Origin: an uncultured Candidatus Saccharibacteria bacterium
Lineage (GTDB): Bacteria > Patescibacteriota > Saccharimonadia > Saccharimonadales > AWTP1-31
Assembly: GCA_964409615.1 (NCBI GenBank)
Contig: CAYPDT010000003.1
Coordinates: 24,576-88,575, forward strand
Direction: 5' to 3'
DNA length: 64,000 nt
The stretch's first letter is position 1; each line of letters starts with the position of its first letter. The notes beneath the pieces were generated by a model that saw nothing but the letters and a program-made list of their open reading frames with translations, was not told where the DNA came from and searched no databases. A program made the position numbers and the translations under genes. This document shows positions 9,671 through 19,874 of this stretch, one piece after another.

Positions 9671-10234
9671 GTGAGCCCAAACCAAGTTGTTGATAAAACC
9701 AAGAGTAAGTTACAGGAAGCAGTCGCACATTTTACAGAAGAGTTGAAGCGACTTCGCACAGGCCGTGCCAGTGCAACCATGCTTGATGGGGTTATGGTCG
9801 AGGCATATGGCTCACCAATGCCGCTGAATCAGTTAGCAAATGTAACTGCACCAGAGGCGCAATTGCTGCAAATTACGCCATTTGACCCAAGCAACTTACA
9901 AGCAATCTCAAACGCTATTCGTGATAATCAAACGCTCGGGCTTAACCCGTCTGATGATGGTCGTGTTGTACGGGCAAGTGTTCCAGCACTTACCGAAGAA
10001 CGACGACGTGAAATAACAAAGCAAGTAGGCGTGAAGCTCGAAGAGTGCATGGTCCGCATGCGAGGAGTACGTCATGATGCCCTAGACGAATTTGAGCAAG
10101 CTAAAAAAGACAAAGATATTAGTGAAGACGATGCAAAGCGTTACACTGCGCAGGTCGAAGAGGCTATGAGCAAAGCAAAGGCAGAGGCCGAAGCAGTTGC
10201 TAAGGCAAAAGAACAAGAAATCATGACCGTTTAG
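9671..10234 (+). CDS. frr: Ribosome recycling factor
   Basis: GTG start 6 nt after AAGGAG. LRTGRASATMLDGVMVEAYGSPMPLNQLA and LTEERRRE are present. Confidence 0.95.
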   Translation: MSPNQVVDKTKSKLQEAVAHFTEELKRLRTGRASATMLDGVMVEAYGSPMPLNQLANVTAPEAQLLQITPFDPSNLQAISNAIRDNQTLGLNPSDDGRVVRASVPALTEERRREITKQVGVKLEECMVRMRGVRHDALDEFEQAKKDKDISEDDAKRYTAQVEEAMSKAKAEAEAVAKAKEQEIMTV

Positions 10235-10261
10235 GCCCTAATCCGGTATAATTAGCTGCAT

Positions 10262-10960
10262 ATGCCTACTACACATACCTCTGTACCTACTCATCTCGGA
10301 TTGATTCTCGACGGTAACCGTCGCTGGGCACGCGAACATGGCCTACCTACCATGGAAGGGCACAAGAAAGGATACGAAAACCTCAAAAATGTTGCTCAAT
10401 ACGCCTTCAAACAAGGAGTAAAGTACGTTTCGGCTTATGTGTTTTCTACCGAAAACTGGAAGCGTTCTGCAGAAGAAGTCGATTATCTGATGAAATTGCT
10501 TATTTGGGTGTCGCGACATGAAATTAAAGAGCTCGATAAAGAAAATATTCGAGTTCAATTCTTAGGAGAAGAAGAACGTTTAAGCCAAGACGTTATTAGC
10601 GCTATGGAAAGTGCTGAAGAGCGCACCAAAGATAATACCGGAGGCACACTGCTTATATGTCTTAACTACGGTGGTCACCAAGAAATAGCGACTGCTATGA
10701 ACAAAATTTTGATAAAGAATCCTGGTATCCAAGAAGTAAGCCAGGAAATGATAGAGAAGCATCTGTACAAGCCAGATGTTCCGGCTGTCGACATGATTAT
10801 TCGCACATCCGGCGAACAGCGAATAAGTAATTTTATGCTTTGGCGGGCAGCATATAGTGAGCTGTACTTTACTGATGTTCACTGGCCGGCATTTAGTGAG
10901 CAAGATTTACAACTTGCCCTTGATAATTTTGCGGCTAGGCAGCGCAGGTTTGGATCATAA
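10262..10960 (+). CDS. uppS: Undecaprenyl-diphosphate synthase (cis-prenyltransferase)
   Basis: HLGLILDGNRRWA, RTSGEQRISNFMLWRAAYSELYF and a terminal RRFG are present. Confidence 0.95.
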   Translation: MPTTHTSVPTHLGLILDGNRRWAREHGLPTMEGHKKGYENLKNVAQYAFKQGVKYVSAYVFSTENWKRSAEEVDYLMKLLIWVSRHEIKELDKENIRVQFLGEEERLSQDVISAMESAEERTKDNTGGTLLICLNYGGHQEIATAMNKILIKNPGIQEVSQEMIEKHLYKPDVPAVDMIIRTSGEQRISNFMLWRAAYSELYFTDVHWPAFSEQDLQLALDNFAARQRRFGS

Positions 10961-12084
10961 TGTCGATTATAATTTTGATTCTTGCTTTAGTAATGTTTGT
11001 TGGTCTTGTGGTCATTCACGAGCTGGGTCACTTTTTTGCTGCACGCAAGGGAGGAGTCGATGTCGAAGAGTTTGGGCTTGGCTTCCCGCCTAAAGCATGG
11101 GGAAAAACACTAAAGAGTGGATTGTTGTTTACTGTAAACTGGCTTCCACTTGGCGGTTTTGTTCGTTTGAAAGGTGAGCACGACTCTGCAAAAGCAAAGG
11201 GGAGTTTTGGGGCAGCACCACTTAAGACTAAGATTATTATTATGCTAGCTGGAGTAGGTGTTAATTTGGGTGCAGCATTTGTGTTACTAACTATTTTGGC
11301 ATGGATTGGTATGCCAAAACTGATTGACAATCAATTTACCGTTAGTAGCGACACAAAAGTATCTCAAAGTCGCGTCTATGTTGGTGCAGTGGAAGCTGGT
11401 TCACCGGCCGATAAAGCCGGTCTAAAAGCACGGGATCGACTCATTAGTCTTGCTGGTCAGGATACTAAAACTACTATCGCCTCCGCCGATTCATTCCCTG
11501 AGTTAACCAAGAAGAACGCTGGTCAAAAAGTGCTCATAACTATTGATCGTGGTGATGCCAAGCAGACGTTGACAGTTAATCTGCGCTCAGAAAAAGAAGT
11601 ATCGGACAGTAAAAAAACAGATAACCCCAAAGGTTACTTAGGAGTATCGCCGACTGAATTCACACTTCGCCGCTCAACATGGTCTGCCCCCATTGTTGCA
11701 GCAGGAACTATCAAACAGTTTACTGTTGAGACATTCAAAGGGCTGGGCAAAGCACTCTGGAATGCCTTACGTGGCCATGGGAAGCAGGCAAGCGAGCAAG
11801 TTGCCGGACCGGTCAGTATATTTGTACTCCTTAAAGATAGCAGTACTATCGGCTTCCAATTTATGTTGATGATTATTGCAATCATATCGCTTACATTGGC
11901 GATTATGAATGTGTTGCCAATTCCAGCTCTGGATGGTGGTCGATTATTCGTAACCTTGCTGTACCGTGTAGTGCTTCGTAAGCCCCTAACTCAAGAAACC
12001 GAAGAACGTATTCATGGTACTGGCTTCATGCTGCTTCTGGCACTCATGGCACTCATTACAATAGTCGATATAAAGAGGCTATAG
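10960..12084 (+). CDS. rseP: Site-2 (M50) intramembrane zinc metalloprotease RseP/RasP with PDZ domain
   Basis: HELGHFFAA (HExxH), a PDZ domain (GSPADKAGLKARDRLISL) and NVLPIPALDGG are present. Confidence 0.9.
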   Translation: MSIIILILALVMFVGLVVIHELGHFFAARKGGVDVEEFGLGFPPKAWGKTLKSGLLFTVNWLPLGGFVRLKGEHDSAKAKGSFGAAPLKTKIIIMLAGVGVNLGAAFVLLTILAWIGMPKLIDNQFTVSSDTKVSQSRVYVGAVEAGSPADKAGLKARDRLISLAGQDTKTTIASADSFPELTKKNAGQKVLITIDRGDAKQTLTVNLRSEKEVSDSKKTDNPKGYLGVSPTEFTLRRSTWSAPIVAAGTIKQFTVETFKGLGKALWNALRGHGKQASEQVAGPVSIFVLLKDSSTIGFQFMLMIIAIISLTLAIMNVLPIPALDGGRLFVTLLYRVVLRKPLTQETEERIHGTGFMLLLALMALITIVDIKRL

Positions 12085-12087
12085 AAC

Positions 12088-12945
12088 ATGTCTTTGTTAC
12101 AGATATTTGGTATTTCGAGCGGGGGCTGGATAGTCTCAGTTCTGTACCTGGCTGCAATCTACGGGTTTATAGCCTACTTTATGCAAAGCAAGGCAACAGA
12201 AAAGAGCCAAGTACGCTGGACACCGTTCGAGTCGGCCGGTGTCACACTCTTTGTATATTTCTTTAGTCAGCTTTTTGCCGGTATATCGCTATATATTATC
12301 CTGGGAGTTTTTGGCTGGGATGAGGCTCGCATAACAGATTGGTTCAGTAACGTCGTTGTGGGCCAGTTTGTTGTTACGGTGTGTATCGACGCGGTGACGC
12401 TGGGCCTATTGATACTATTCTTAAAGCGTCGTTCGGCAACTCTCAAGACTATTGGTTTAAAGGGCAGGCTGGCATTGCGTGATATAGGATACGCTGTTGG
12501 TGGCTACCTAATTTACATCGTTATATATATTGCCATTGCTTCAGTGGTCGGCAAGTTAATTCCGGCAATTAACCTTGATCAGAAACAGCAGTTGGGATTT
12601 GATAATGTTTCGTCATTACAATTACCGTTGGTATTCTTAAGCCTGGTTGTCATGCCACCAATTATTGAAGAACTGGTCATGCGAGGATTTCTATACACCG
12701 GTTTGCGAAATAAGCTGCCCAAGTGGACTGCGGCCCTATTAACAAGTGGGCTTTTTGCTGTGGCGCATCTTCAGGCAGGTAGCGGTGCCCCATTATTGTG
12801 GGTGGCCGCAATAGATACCTTCATCCTATCAATGGTCCTAATTGAGCTTAAAGAGCGTTCAGGCAGCCTGCGTGCACCGATTTTGCTCCATGCTTTAAAG
12901 AACCTCATCGCATTTCTGAGTCTGTTTGTTTTTCACCTTGTCTAG
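12088..12945 (+). CDS. CPBP-family (CAAX/Abi) intramembrane glutamic protease
   Basis: EELVMRGF (EExxxR), FAVAHL (FxxxH), LLHALKN and multiple TM helices are present. Confidence 0.8.
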   Translation: MSLLQIFGISSGGWIVSVLYLAAIYGFIAYFMQSKATEKSQVRWTPFESAGVTLFVYFFSQLFAGISLYIILGVFGWDEARITDWFSNVVVGQFVVTVCIDAVTLGLLILFLKRRSATLKTIGLKGRLALRDIGYAVGGYLIYIVIYIAIASVVGKLIPAINLDQKQQLGFDNVSSLQLPLVFLSLVVMPPIIEELVMRGFLYTGLRNKLPKWTAALLTSGLFAVAHLQAGSGAPLLWVAAIDTFILSMVLIELKERSGSLRAPILLHALKNLIAFLSLFVFHLV

Positions 12946-13065
12946 TTTCGATAACATAGTATAGTGGGGGTATGATTTACCATAAATCAACCACAGTCAT
13001 GATGCCGTTTATTCTACTCACGCAACGGAGGCTTGGCTAGACTATCTAAAAATAAAGATGATACG

Positions 13066-13087
13066 ACGGCCACCAGGCCGTTTTTTT
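13066..13087 (+). terminator. Small hairpin terminator in the CPBP-proS spacer
   Basis: ACGGCC-acca-GGCCGT is followed by TTTTTT. It lies about 120 nt after the CPBP stop and 36 nt before the proS ATG. Confidence 0.55.
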
Positions 13088-13122
13088 AGTAGAACTACTA
13101 ATTATTTACCAAGGAGACCACT

Positions 13123-14367
13123 ATGAAAATGACAAACCTCTTCACTAAAACCAGTAAGACGGCTCCTGCCGATGAGGCAGCAAAAAATGCCCAGCTTCTT
13201 ATTCAGGCTGGTTTTATTCATAAAGAAATGGCCGGGGTATACAGCTATCTACCACTAGGCCTAAGGGTTCTTAATAAGATTGCCAATATTGTCCGTGAAG
13301 AGATGGACGCTATTGGGGGGCAAGAACTCCAAATGCCAGCTTTGCAAGTTAAAGAACGATATCAACTGACAAACCGTTGGGATGACAAAGTTGTAGATAA
13401 CTGGTTTAAAACTACCTTGGCTAATGGCACCGAAGTTGGCCTTGGCTTCTCACACGAAGAGAACTTATCGCCAATCGTAAAGACGTACCTTACTTCATAC
13501 AAAGACGTTCCATTTGCGCCATACCAAATTCAGACAAAGTTTCGTAATGAACTTCGCTCAAAGAGCGGCTTGATGCGCGGTCGCGAGTTCTTAATGAAAG
13601 ACATGTATTCATATGCAACTTCACAAGACCAGCACGAAGAATTTTATGAAAAAGTTGCCGATGCATACGTAAGGGTTTATCAACGGCTTGGCATTGGCGA
13701 CAGGACTTTTCGCACATTCGCTAGCGGGGGTGTATTCAGCCAGTTTAGTCACGAATTTCAAACACTATCCGATGCAGGCGAGGACACAATTTACCTTAGT
13801 CGTGCCAAAAAAATTGCTATTAACAAGGAAGTTTTTACTGATGATGTTATAGCACAGCTCGGCTTAGATAAAGATGAACTTGAAGAAGCAAAAGCTATTG
13901 AAGTCGGTAATATTTTTAGCTTGGGAACCAAATTCACCAAACCTTTCGACATTACTGTAGATGATAAAGATGGCAAAAAGTTAGAAGTCATTATGGGTTG
14001 CTATGGTATTGGGGTTAGCAGGCTGGTAGGCACTATTGCAGAGCTATTGTGTGACGAAAAAGGACTTGTTTGGCCAGAGAATATCGCTCCTTTCAAGGTG
14101 TATTTAGCAACGATAGGAGAAGTGACTACTGAAGCACAGGGTATCTATGACAGTCTGACGAAGGCAGGTATAGAAGTGCTGTGGGATGACCGTGTCGTAC
14201 GGCCAGGAGAAAAATTTGGCGATGCCGATTTGATGGGTATTCCGTATCGTTTGGTAGTGAGTGATAAGACTGTGGCGAGCGGTAAGCACGAGCTTAAGGC
14301 ACGTACTGAAAACCAGCTACAGCTTCTTGCAGTAGATGATATACTAGAAGCCCTAGCCACGTCATGA
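13123..14367 (+). CDS. proS: Prolyl-tRNA synthetase (414 aa, no INS editing domain)
   Basis: The N-terminus ...AAKNAQLLIQAGFIHKEMAGVYSYLPLGLRVLNKI, class II motifs (FRNELRSKSGLMRGREF; GCYGIGVSR) and AAGGAG as SD are present. Confidence 0.9.
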   Translation: MKMTNLFTKTSKTAPADEAAKNAQLLIQAGFIHKEMAGVYSYLPLGLRVLNKIANIVREEMDAIGGQELQMPALQVKERYQLTNRWDDKVVDNWFKTTLANGTEVGLGFSHEENLSPIVKTYLTSYKDVPFAPYQIQTKFRNELRSKSGLMRGREFLMKDMYSYATSQDQHEEFYEKVADAYVRVYQRLGIGDRTFRTFASGGVFSQFSHEFQTLSDAGEDTIYLSRAKKIAINKEVFTDDVIAQLGLDKDELEEAKAIEVGNIFSLGTKFTKPFDITVDDKDGKKLEVIMGCYGIGVSRLVGTIAELLCDEKGLVWPENIAPFKVYLATIGEVTTEAQGIYDSLTKAGIEVLWDDRVVRPGEKFGDADLMGIPYRLVVSDKTVASGKHELKARTENQLQLLAVDDILEALATS

Positions 14368-14422
14368 GATTCCAGTAACGGCTAGCTAAACATAACGAAT
14401 AAGAAACTAGAAGGAGAAGATT

Positions 14423-14884
14423 ATGAAGAAAGAGTACTTACTAACTAAAGAAGGTGTACAAGAATTAGAGCAGGAGCATGCCGAGCTAGTTGGCCAACGG
14501 AGCGATCTTGCAGAACGTATTAAAACTGCTCGTGAATTTGGTGATCTCAGCGAAAATGCCGAATATAGTGCTGCGCGGCAAGAACAAGAGCGGGCCGAAA
14601 GTCGAATCGCAGAAATTGAAAATATTTTGCAGAATGTAAAGATTATCAGCAAACCAAAAGGCGATAGCAAGGTTCAAATTGGCTCACACGTAAAACTTAA
14701 AGGTGAAACCAATGGGACTAAAGAGTTTCAGGTAGTGGGTACCGTCGAAGCAGATCCGCTCAATGGAAAAATATCGGATGAATCACCAATTGGGCAAGCT
14801 CTTCTTGGCAAAAAAGAAGGGGAAGAAGTAGAAATAACTACTCCTGCCGAAACCTCGGTGTATAAGATTGTAGATATCTCCTAG
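14423..14884 (+). CDS. greA: Transcription elongation factor GreA
   Basis: REFGDLSENAEYSAARQEQ in the coiled coil and the C-terminal ...ISDESPIGQALLGKKEGEEV are present. Confidence 0.95.
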   Translation: MKKEYLLTKEGVQELEQEHAELVGQRSDLAERIKTAREFGDLSENAEYSAARQEQERAESRIAEIENILQNVKIISKPKGDSKVQIGSHVKLKGETNGTKEFQVVGTVEADPLNGKISDESPIGQALLGKKEGEEVEITTPAETSVYKIVDIS

Positions 14885-14917
14885 GAGTTAGGAACATACC
14901 TATCAAGGACTTTTTTG

Positions 14918-15250
14918 ATGATAAGCTACGACGATTTTGAAAAAGTTGATATTAGAGTAGGCACTATTATTGCAGTGGAAGATTTTCCTGAAGCAAGAAA
15001 GCCCGCGTACAAATTGACTATTGATTTCGGTAATGATCTTGGTGTTAAGAAGTCGAGTGCACAGCTGCCCGCAACCTATGATAAAGCAGAGCTAAAAGGC
15101 AAGCAGGTGCTTGCAGTAGTAAATTTTGCTCCACGGCAAATAGGGCCATTTATGAGTGAAGTACTTACACTTGGTATCCCTGATGGTTCTGGAAATTGCA
15201 TGTTAATCACTACTGATAAGGTGGTTCCCCTTGGCGGCAAACTGTATTAA
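14918..15250 (+). CDS. csaA: tRNA-binding (EMAP/CsaA-type OB fold) protein
   Basis: FEKVDIRVGTIIAVEDFPEARKPAYKLTIDFG...QVLAVVNFAPRQIG identifies the family. The tracked ORF starts at TTG 14915. Confidence 0.8.
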   Translation: MISYDDFEKVDIRVGTIIAVEDFPEARKPAYKLTIDFGNDLGVKKSSAQLPATYDKAELKGKQVLAVVNFAPRQIGPFMSEVLTLGIPDGSGNCMLITTDKVVPLGGKLY

Positions 15251-15268
15251 AGATATAATGGCGGGTAA

Positions 15269-16825
15269 ATGGCAACACTAAAAGAACTTCGTGATGAACG
15301 GCTGCGCAAGCTAGATGACCTTAAAAAACTTGGGGTTAATCCATTTCCAGCAGCATCAAACAGGAACATGTCAGTGCGTGATGCGCTTGTTCGATACGAA
15401 GAGCTAGAAAAGACAGCTGATATAATCACAGTCGCAGGCCGTATAACCAATATCCGCAAATTTGGAAAAATAGCTTTTATCGTAATACGTGATGTACAAG
15501 ATACTATCCAGCTATTTCTCAGTGCAGATGGTGTATCAAGGCCAGATTTTAATAAAAGTGAACTAGCATTCGAACATCTCAATCTGCTCGATGCCGGCGA
15601 TTTCATCGAAGTTAGTGGCATTGCGGCAACAACCAAAACAGGTGAGCGCTCAATTACTGTATCCAGGCTTCGTTTATTAACTAAAAGTTTGCGGCCGATG
15701 CCGACAGTACAAGATGGATTTACGAACAAAGAAGAGAGACTACGACGCCGTTACATCGATATGAACGTCAATCAGGACGTCTACCAGCGTTTTGTTCGCC
15801 GAAGTAAGTTCTGGCAAGCAACCCGCGATTTCCTGAATAAAGAAGGTTTTCTAGAAATAAACATTCCTGTTCTCGAGCATACTACTGGCGGGGCAGATGC
15901 AAACCCATTTGTCACTCACATGGATGCGATTGATCAAGATTTTTACCTAAGAATTAGTCATGAATTACCACTTAAGCGACTTGTAGGTGCGGGTTACGAG
16001 AAGGTCTACGACATTGGGCCACGTTTTCGTAACGAGAACTATACAGATGAGCATTTACCAGAACACATCGCAATGGAATGGTATGCCGCCTACTGGGATT
16101 GGCAAAAAGGCATTGAATTTATGACCAATATGTACCGCCATGTCCTAAAAGAAACTTTTGGTACACTGCAGTTCAAACTCGGCAATTTTGATATTGACCT
16201 CTCAAAAGAATGGGAGCAGTGGGATTATGCGGAAACTATCAAGAAACGGTACGGTATTGATGTTTTTGATTGCACAATTGATGAAGTGAAGAAGGCTCTA
16301 GCAGATAATAAACTCGAAGTTGAGCAGACTGAAAATAAAGCTCGTGGTATCGATAAGCTCTGGAAAAATATCCGCAAGGACGTAGCTGGTCCAGTCTGGC
16401 TTGTCAATACACCCCTATTCATTAGCCCGTTAGCTAAAACGAATCCTGATAATCCACATACGGTTCAACGATTTCAACCCGTTATTGCGGGAAGTGAACT
16501 AGGGAATGGCTTTAGTGAGCTTAATGACCCAATTGACCAGCTGCAACGTTTTCTTGAGCAACAAAACATGCGTGACTCTGGTGACGACGAAGCAATGATG
16601 CTTGATATCGATTACGTAGAAATGCTGGAATACGGTATGCCACCGGCCTGCGGCTGGGGTTTTAGCGAACGGGTATTTTGGATTTTCGAGGGAGTTACTG
16701 CTCGTGAAGGTGTACCATTTCCTCAATTACGCAGTGATGTTGACGAGGTGACTAAGGGTATCTATCCGGAAGTTTTTACTGCCTCGAGCTCGCCAGAGCA
16801 AAAGCCAGAGACTCAATCTACATAG
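15269..16825 (+). CDS. lysS: Lysyl-tRNA synthetase, class II
   Basis: An N-terminal OB domain (VAGRITNIRKFGKIAFIVIRD), FYLRISHELPLKRL, RFRNE and GWGFSERV are present. Confidence 0.95.
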   Translation: MATLKELRDERLRKLDDLKKLGVNPFPAASNRNMSVRDALVRYEELEKTADIITVAGRITNIRKFGKIAFIVIRDVQDTIQLFLSADGVSRPDFNKSELAFEHLNLLDAGDFIEVSGIAATTKTGERSITVSRLRLLTKSLRPMPTVQDGFTNKEERLRRRYIDMNVNQDVYQRFVRRSKFWQATRDFLNKEGFLEINIPVLEHTTGGADANPFVTHMDAIDQDFYLRISHELPLKRLVGAGYEKVYDIGPRFRNENYTDEHLPEHIAMEWYAAYWDWQKGIEFMTNMYRHVLKETFGTLQFKLGNFDIDLSKEWEQWDYAETIKKRYGIDVFDCTIDEVKKALADNKLEVEQTENKARGIDKLWKNIRKDVAGPVWLVNTPLFISPLAKTNPDNPHTVQRFQPVIAGSELGNGFSELNDPIDQLQRFLEQQNMRDSGDDEAMMLDIDYVEMLEYGMPPACGWGFSERVFWIFEGVTAREGVPFPQLRSDVDEVTKGIYPEVFTASSSPEQKPETQST

Positions 16826-16873
16826 TTTAATGATTCCTGGTGGTACTCCCTAGATGCCTGTATACTTAGGTAT

Positions 16874-17593
16874 ATGATAGAAGTTAAAGGTGTAGTTAAA
16901 AAGTACGGCAAAAAACATAATGTATTTACCGCACTTGCGGGCATTGATTTAAAGATTGCTCAAGGTTCAACAGTGGCAATTATTGGCAAGAGTGGTTCGG
17001 GTAAATCGACACTGATGCATGTAATGAGTGGCCTTGACCATCCAACTACAGGTACGATAAAGGTCAATGGAGTTGACCTGGCCGACATGAAGCAGAAAGC
17101 ACTCGATGCTTTCAGGGCAAAATCTATGAGCTTCATCTTCCAAGCATTTTTTGTAGAGGGTAATCAAACCTGTTATCAGAATGTGATGCTACCGCTAGAA
17201 ATTGCCAAAGTTGGGCGGCGAGACCGTCGAGCACGAGTGACAGAAGCTCTTGAAGCTGTTGATCTTGCAGACAAGATTGATGTAAAAGCTCGTAACTTGT
17301 CAGGCGGTCAGCGTCAACGCCTAGCAATAGCGCGGTCAATTGTTAATAAGCCGAAATTAATTTTTGCTGATGAACCAACTGGTAATCTTGACAGCGCAAC
17401 AGGTGATAAAATTATCAAATTACTCTTTGATTTAAATAAAAACTTGGGCAGTACGCTCGTAATTGTTACACATGACGAAGAGCTTGCATCGCGCTGTCAG
17501 ATTCAGATACAACTGAAAGACGGTAAAATTGTTTCCCAAACAACAAAACGGACTAGCTCCGCAAAACCTACTACTAGAAAGAGGAGCGCATAA
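16874..17593 (+). CDS. ABC transporter ATP-binding protein (MacB/LolD-like)
   Basis: Walker A GKSGSGKST, signature LSGGQRQRLAIA and Walker B LIFADEPT are present. Confidence 0.9.
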   Translation: MIEVKGVVKKYGKKHNVFTALAGIDLKIAQGSTVAIIGKSGSGKSTLMHVMSGLDHPTTGTIKVNGVDLADMKQKALDAFRAKSMSFIFQAFFVEGNQTCYQNVMLPLEIAKVGRRDRRARVTEALEAVDLADKIDVKARNLSGGQRQRLAIARSIVNKPKLIFADEPTGNLDSATGDKIIKLLFDLNKNLGSTLVIVTHDEELASRCQIQIQLKDGKIVSQTTKRTSSAKPTTRKRSA

Positions 17594-18975
17594 TGCACAT
17601 TAGCGACATCATTAGACGTAGTGGCCGTAGTCTTAAGTCGGCAAAGGCTCGCACAATACTGACCGCACTTGCTATTGCAGTAGGCGGCTTTACACTAACC
17701 GCCACATTAGCAGCAGGTAACGGTATCCGGAGTTATACCGACAAGCTTGTGGCCAGTAATTTTGATCCTGCAGAGTTGCTTGTTGGTCGCGATGCAGAGG
17801 TGGCAAATAGTGGTACGCCTAATCAGGAGCCAAAAGAGTACGATTCTTCCATATCATCAGTCAACTTTGGTCCTGGCGGGCAGGGCGGCTTACAGTTAAA
17901 GCAAGTTACCGATAAAGATGTGGCAGAGCTACGAAAGTTGCCATTCGTTGAGCAGGTTCGTGAGAACTACAGCTTACGACTTCGTTATATAACAACCGCT
18001 GGCCAGAAACGTTTTACTGCAAGTGCAGAAACTTTTAATCCTGCACAGAAGCCAGAGCTTGCCGCTGGAACATTGAATGCTAACGGCGGCATCGATAAGG
18101 GTACAGTCGTTTTGCCAGAAAACTACCTGTCGGTATTCAAGATAAAAGATGCCCAGTCGGCAGTTGGTAAGACGATACAAGTGAATATTCAAAAGCAATT
18201 TACACAAACCGATGCAAGTAGCGTGCTCGATGCAGTACGCAATGGAGTTGACCCAGCAACTCTTAATACGCTGGGTGATCAAACACTATCGTTCAAGGTG
18301 GTAGCAGTAAGCAAGAAGGCAGCAACAAGTATAAGCTTTGGTGCTTTACCGGTCTTGTTCTCAAATGACGATGCAAAAGTTATCTACGACTACACTACCA
18401 AAGGTTCTGCGGATTACCTACGATACTTCTATGTGTATGTGCGTGTGAAAGAAGGTGCAACAGATGCAAAGTTACGGGCAGCGCAAGACCAGCTCAAGGC
18501 AAAGCAATACTTTACGCAAAGTAGTAAAGATATACAGAAATCTATTACCCAAGTAGTTAATATATTGCAGGTTCTAGTGGGTGTTTTCGGTCTTATAACA
18601 CTCATGGCCTCTGTATTCGGCATTGTTAATACCCAGTACATTAGTGTACTAGAGAGAACTCGTGAAATTGGTCTCATGAAAGCCCTTGGAATGCGTAGTC
18701 GTGACATTCGCCGCTTGTTTATGCTCGAGGCGGGCTGGATTGGATTCTTGGGGGGATTCATTGGTGCGACGGTAGCTATTCTGGTCGGTATTCCCCTTAA
18801 TCCATGGATAAGTAAAAAACTTGATTTAGGCGCAGGTAATAGCTTGTTAATCTATCGTCCAGCACAAATCATCGCCCTGATGTTGGCATTAATCCTCATT
18901 GCAATGCTTGCCGGATTCTTGCCTGCGCGCAAAGCTGCAAAACTGGATCCTATTGAAGCACTGCGTACCGAGTAA
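17593..18975 (+). CDS. ABC transporter permease, FtsX/MacB type with a large extracytoplasmic domain
   Basis: An N-terminal TM helix, a loop of about 270 aa, then a 3-TM FtsX domain (REIGLMKALGMRSRDI...KLDPIEALR). The start overlaps the ATPase stop. Confidence 0.85.
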   Translation: MHISDIIRRSGRSLKSAKARTILTALAIAVGGFTLTATLAAGNGIRSYTDKLVASNFDPAELLVGRDAEVANSGTPNQEPKEYDSSISSVNFGPGGQGGLQLKQVTDKDVAELRKLPFVEQVRENYSLRLRYITTAGQKRFTASAETFNPAQKPELAAGTLNANGGIDKGTVVLPENYLSVFKIKDAQSAVGKTIQVNIQKQFTQTDASSVLDAVRNGVDPATLNTLGDQTLSFKVVAVSKKAATSISFGALPVLFSNDDAKVIYDYTTKGSADYLRYFYVYVRVKEGATDAKLRAAQDQLKAKQYFTQSSKDIQKSITQVVNILQVLVGVFGLITLMASVFGIVNTQYISVLERTREIGLMKALGMRSRDIRRLFMLEAGWIGFLGGFIGATVAILVGIPLNPWISKKLDLGAGNSLLIYRPAQIIALMLALILIAMLAGFLPARKAAKLDPIEALRTE

Positions 18976-19014
18976 CGAGCTACATTAAAGAAACATAACT
19001 AGGAGGAGACTGAT

Positions 19015-19317
19015 ATGAAAGCAATATGGAAAGACAAAGTGATTGCAGAGGCGGATCGCAAAGAGTTGATATATATCGAAGGAAATTGGTATTTTCCACC
19101 AGCATCAGTTAAGCAAGAATTCTTGAGCAAGAGTCCCACGCCTTACACATGCCCCTGGAAAGGTGTTTGCCAATATTTTAACGTAGGTACTGGCGACGAT
19201 ATTAGCCAAGACAACGCTTGGAGCTACCCGGAACCACTTCCTACTGCAATCGACCAAGTCAAGAAAGACTTTAGTAATTACGTCGCATTCTGGAAAGATG
19301 TCACTGTAAGCGAATAA
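19015..19317 (+). CDS. DUF427-family protein
   Basis: KVIAEADRKELIYIEGNWYFPPASV...TCPWKGVCQYFNV follows the DUF427 pattern. AGGAGGAG serves as SD. Confidence 0.7.
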   Translation: MKAIWKDKVIAEADRKELIYIEGNWYFPPASVKQEFLSKSPTPYTCPWKGVCQYFNVGTGDDISQDNAWSYPEPLPTAIDQVKKDFSNYVAFWKDVTVSE

Positions 19318-19326
19318 AATAGGAAT

Positions 19327-19863
19327 ATGACAGACACCAAAGACTTGCAATACATAACCCTTGGGGGTGGCTGTTTTTGGTGTCTTGATGCCGGGTTCCG
19401 TCTGATTAATGGGGTTACTAGTGTTGTGTCGGGTTATGCTGGAGGAGACGGTGAGGCAAGCTACTACGAAGTATCCAGTGGAAAAACTGGTCATGCAGAG
19501 GTGGTTAGAGTGGGTTTTGACACCTCGGTTATAGCACTAAAAGACATTTTAGATATCTTCTGGGCCATGCACAATCCAACAACTTTGAATTTTCAGGGCA
19601 ATGACCATGGTCCCCAATATCGCTCCATAATTTTATATGAGAATGACTTACAACGTCCTGTGATTGATGAGTCGATACAGCATGTAGCTAAACTGTGGGA
19701 CGACCCAATTGTCACGGAAGTTGTACGGTTGACCAAGTTTTACGAAGCAGAGCAGGAACATCAAGACTATTTTCAGAAACACCCAGAAGCTGCCTACTGC
19801 CAAGTTATTATTAATCCAAAACTCGCAAAATTACGTGCAAAGTTCCAGGCAAAATTACGTTGA
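19327..19863 (+). CDS. msrA: Peptide-methionine (S)-S-oxide reductase
   Basis: GGGCFWC is the active site, and GHAEVVRVGFD and DHGPQYRS are present. Confidence 0.95.
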   Translation: MTDTKDLQYITLGGGCFWCLDAGFRLINGVTSVVSGYAGGDGEASYYEVSSGKTGHAEVVRVGFDTSVIALKDILDIFWAMHNPTTLNFQGNDHGPQYRSIILYENDLQRPVIDESIQHVAKLWDDPIVTEVVRLTKFYEAEQEHQDYFQKHPEAAYCQVIINPKLAKLRAKFQAKLR

Positions 19864-19874
19864 AGATTAATTAG

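Noticed and set aside
12946-13122. I considered a possible T-box or attenuator leader upstream of proS, since a hairpin with a T-tract lies 36 nt before the ATG.
   Set aside because: The spacer is only 177 nt and lacks the conserved T-box sequence (AGGGUGGNACCGCG-like) and any specifier-loop features I could recognise. The hairpin is more simply the terminator of the upstream CPBP gene.
15247-15729. A 160-aa minus-strand ORF overlapping the 5' part of lysS.
   Set aside because: It is antisense to a clear class II LysRS N-terminal OB domain, and its translation is Ser/Arg-rich and of low complexity.
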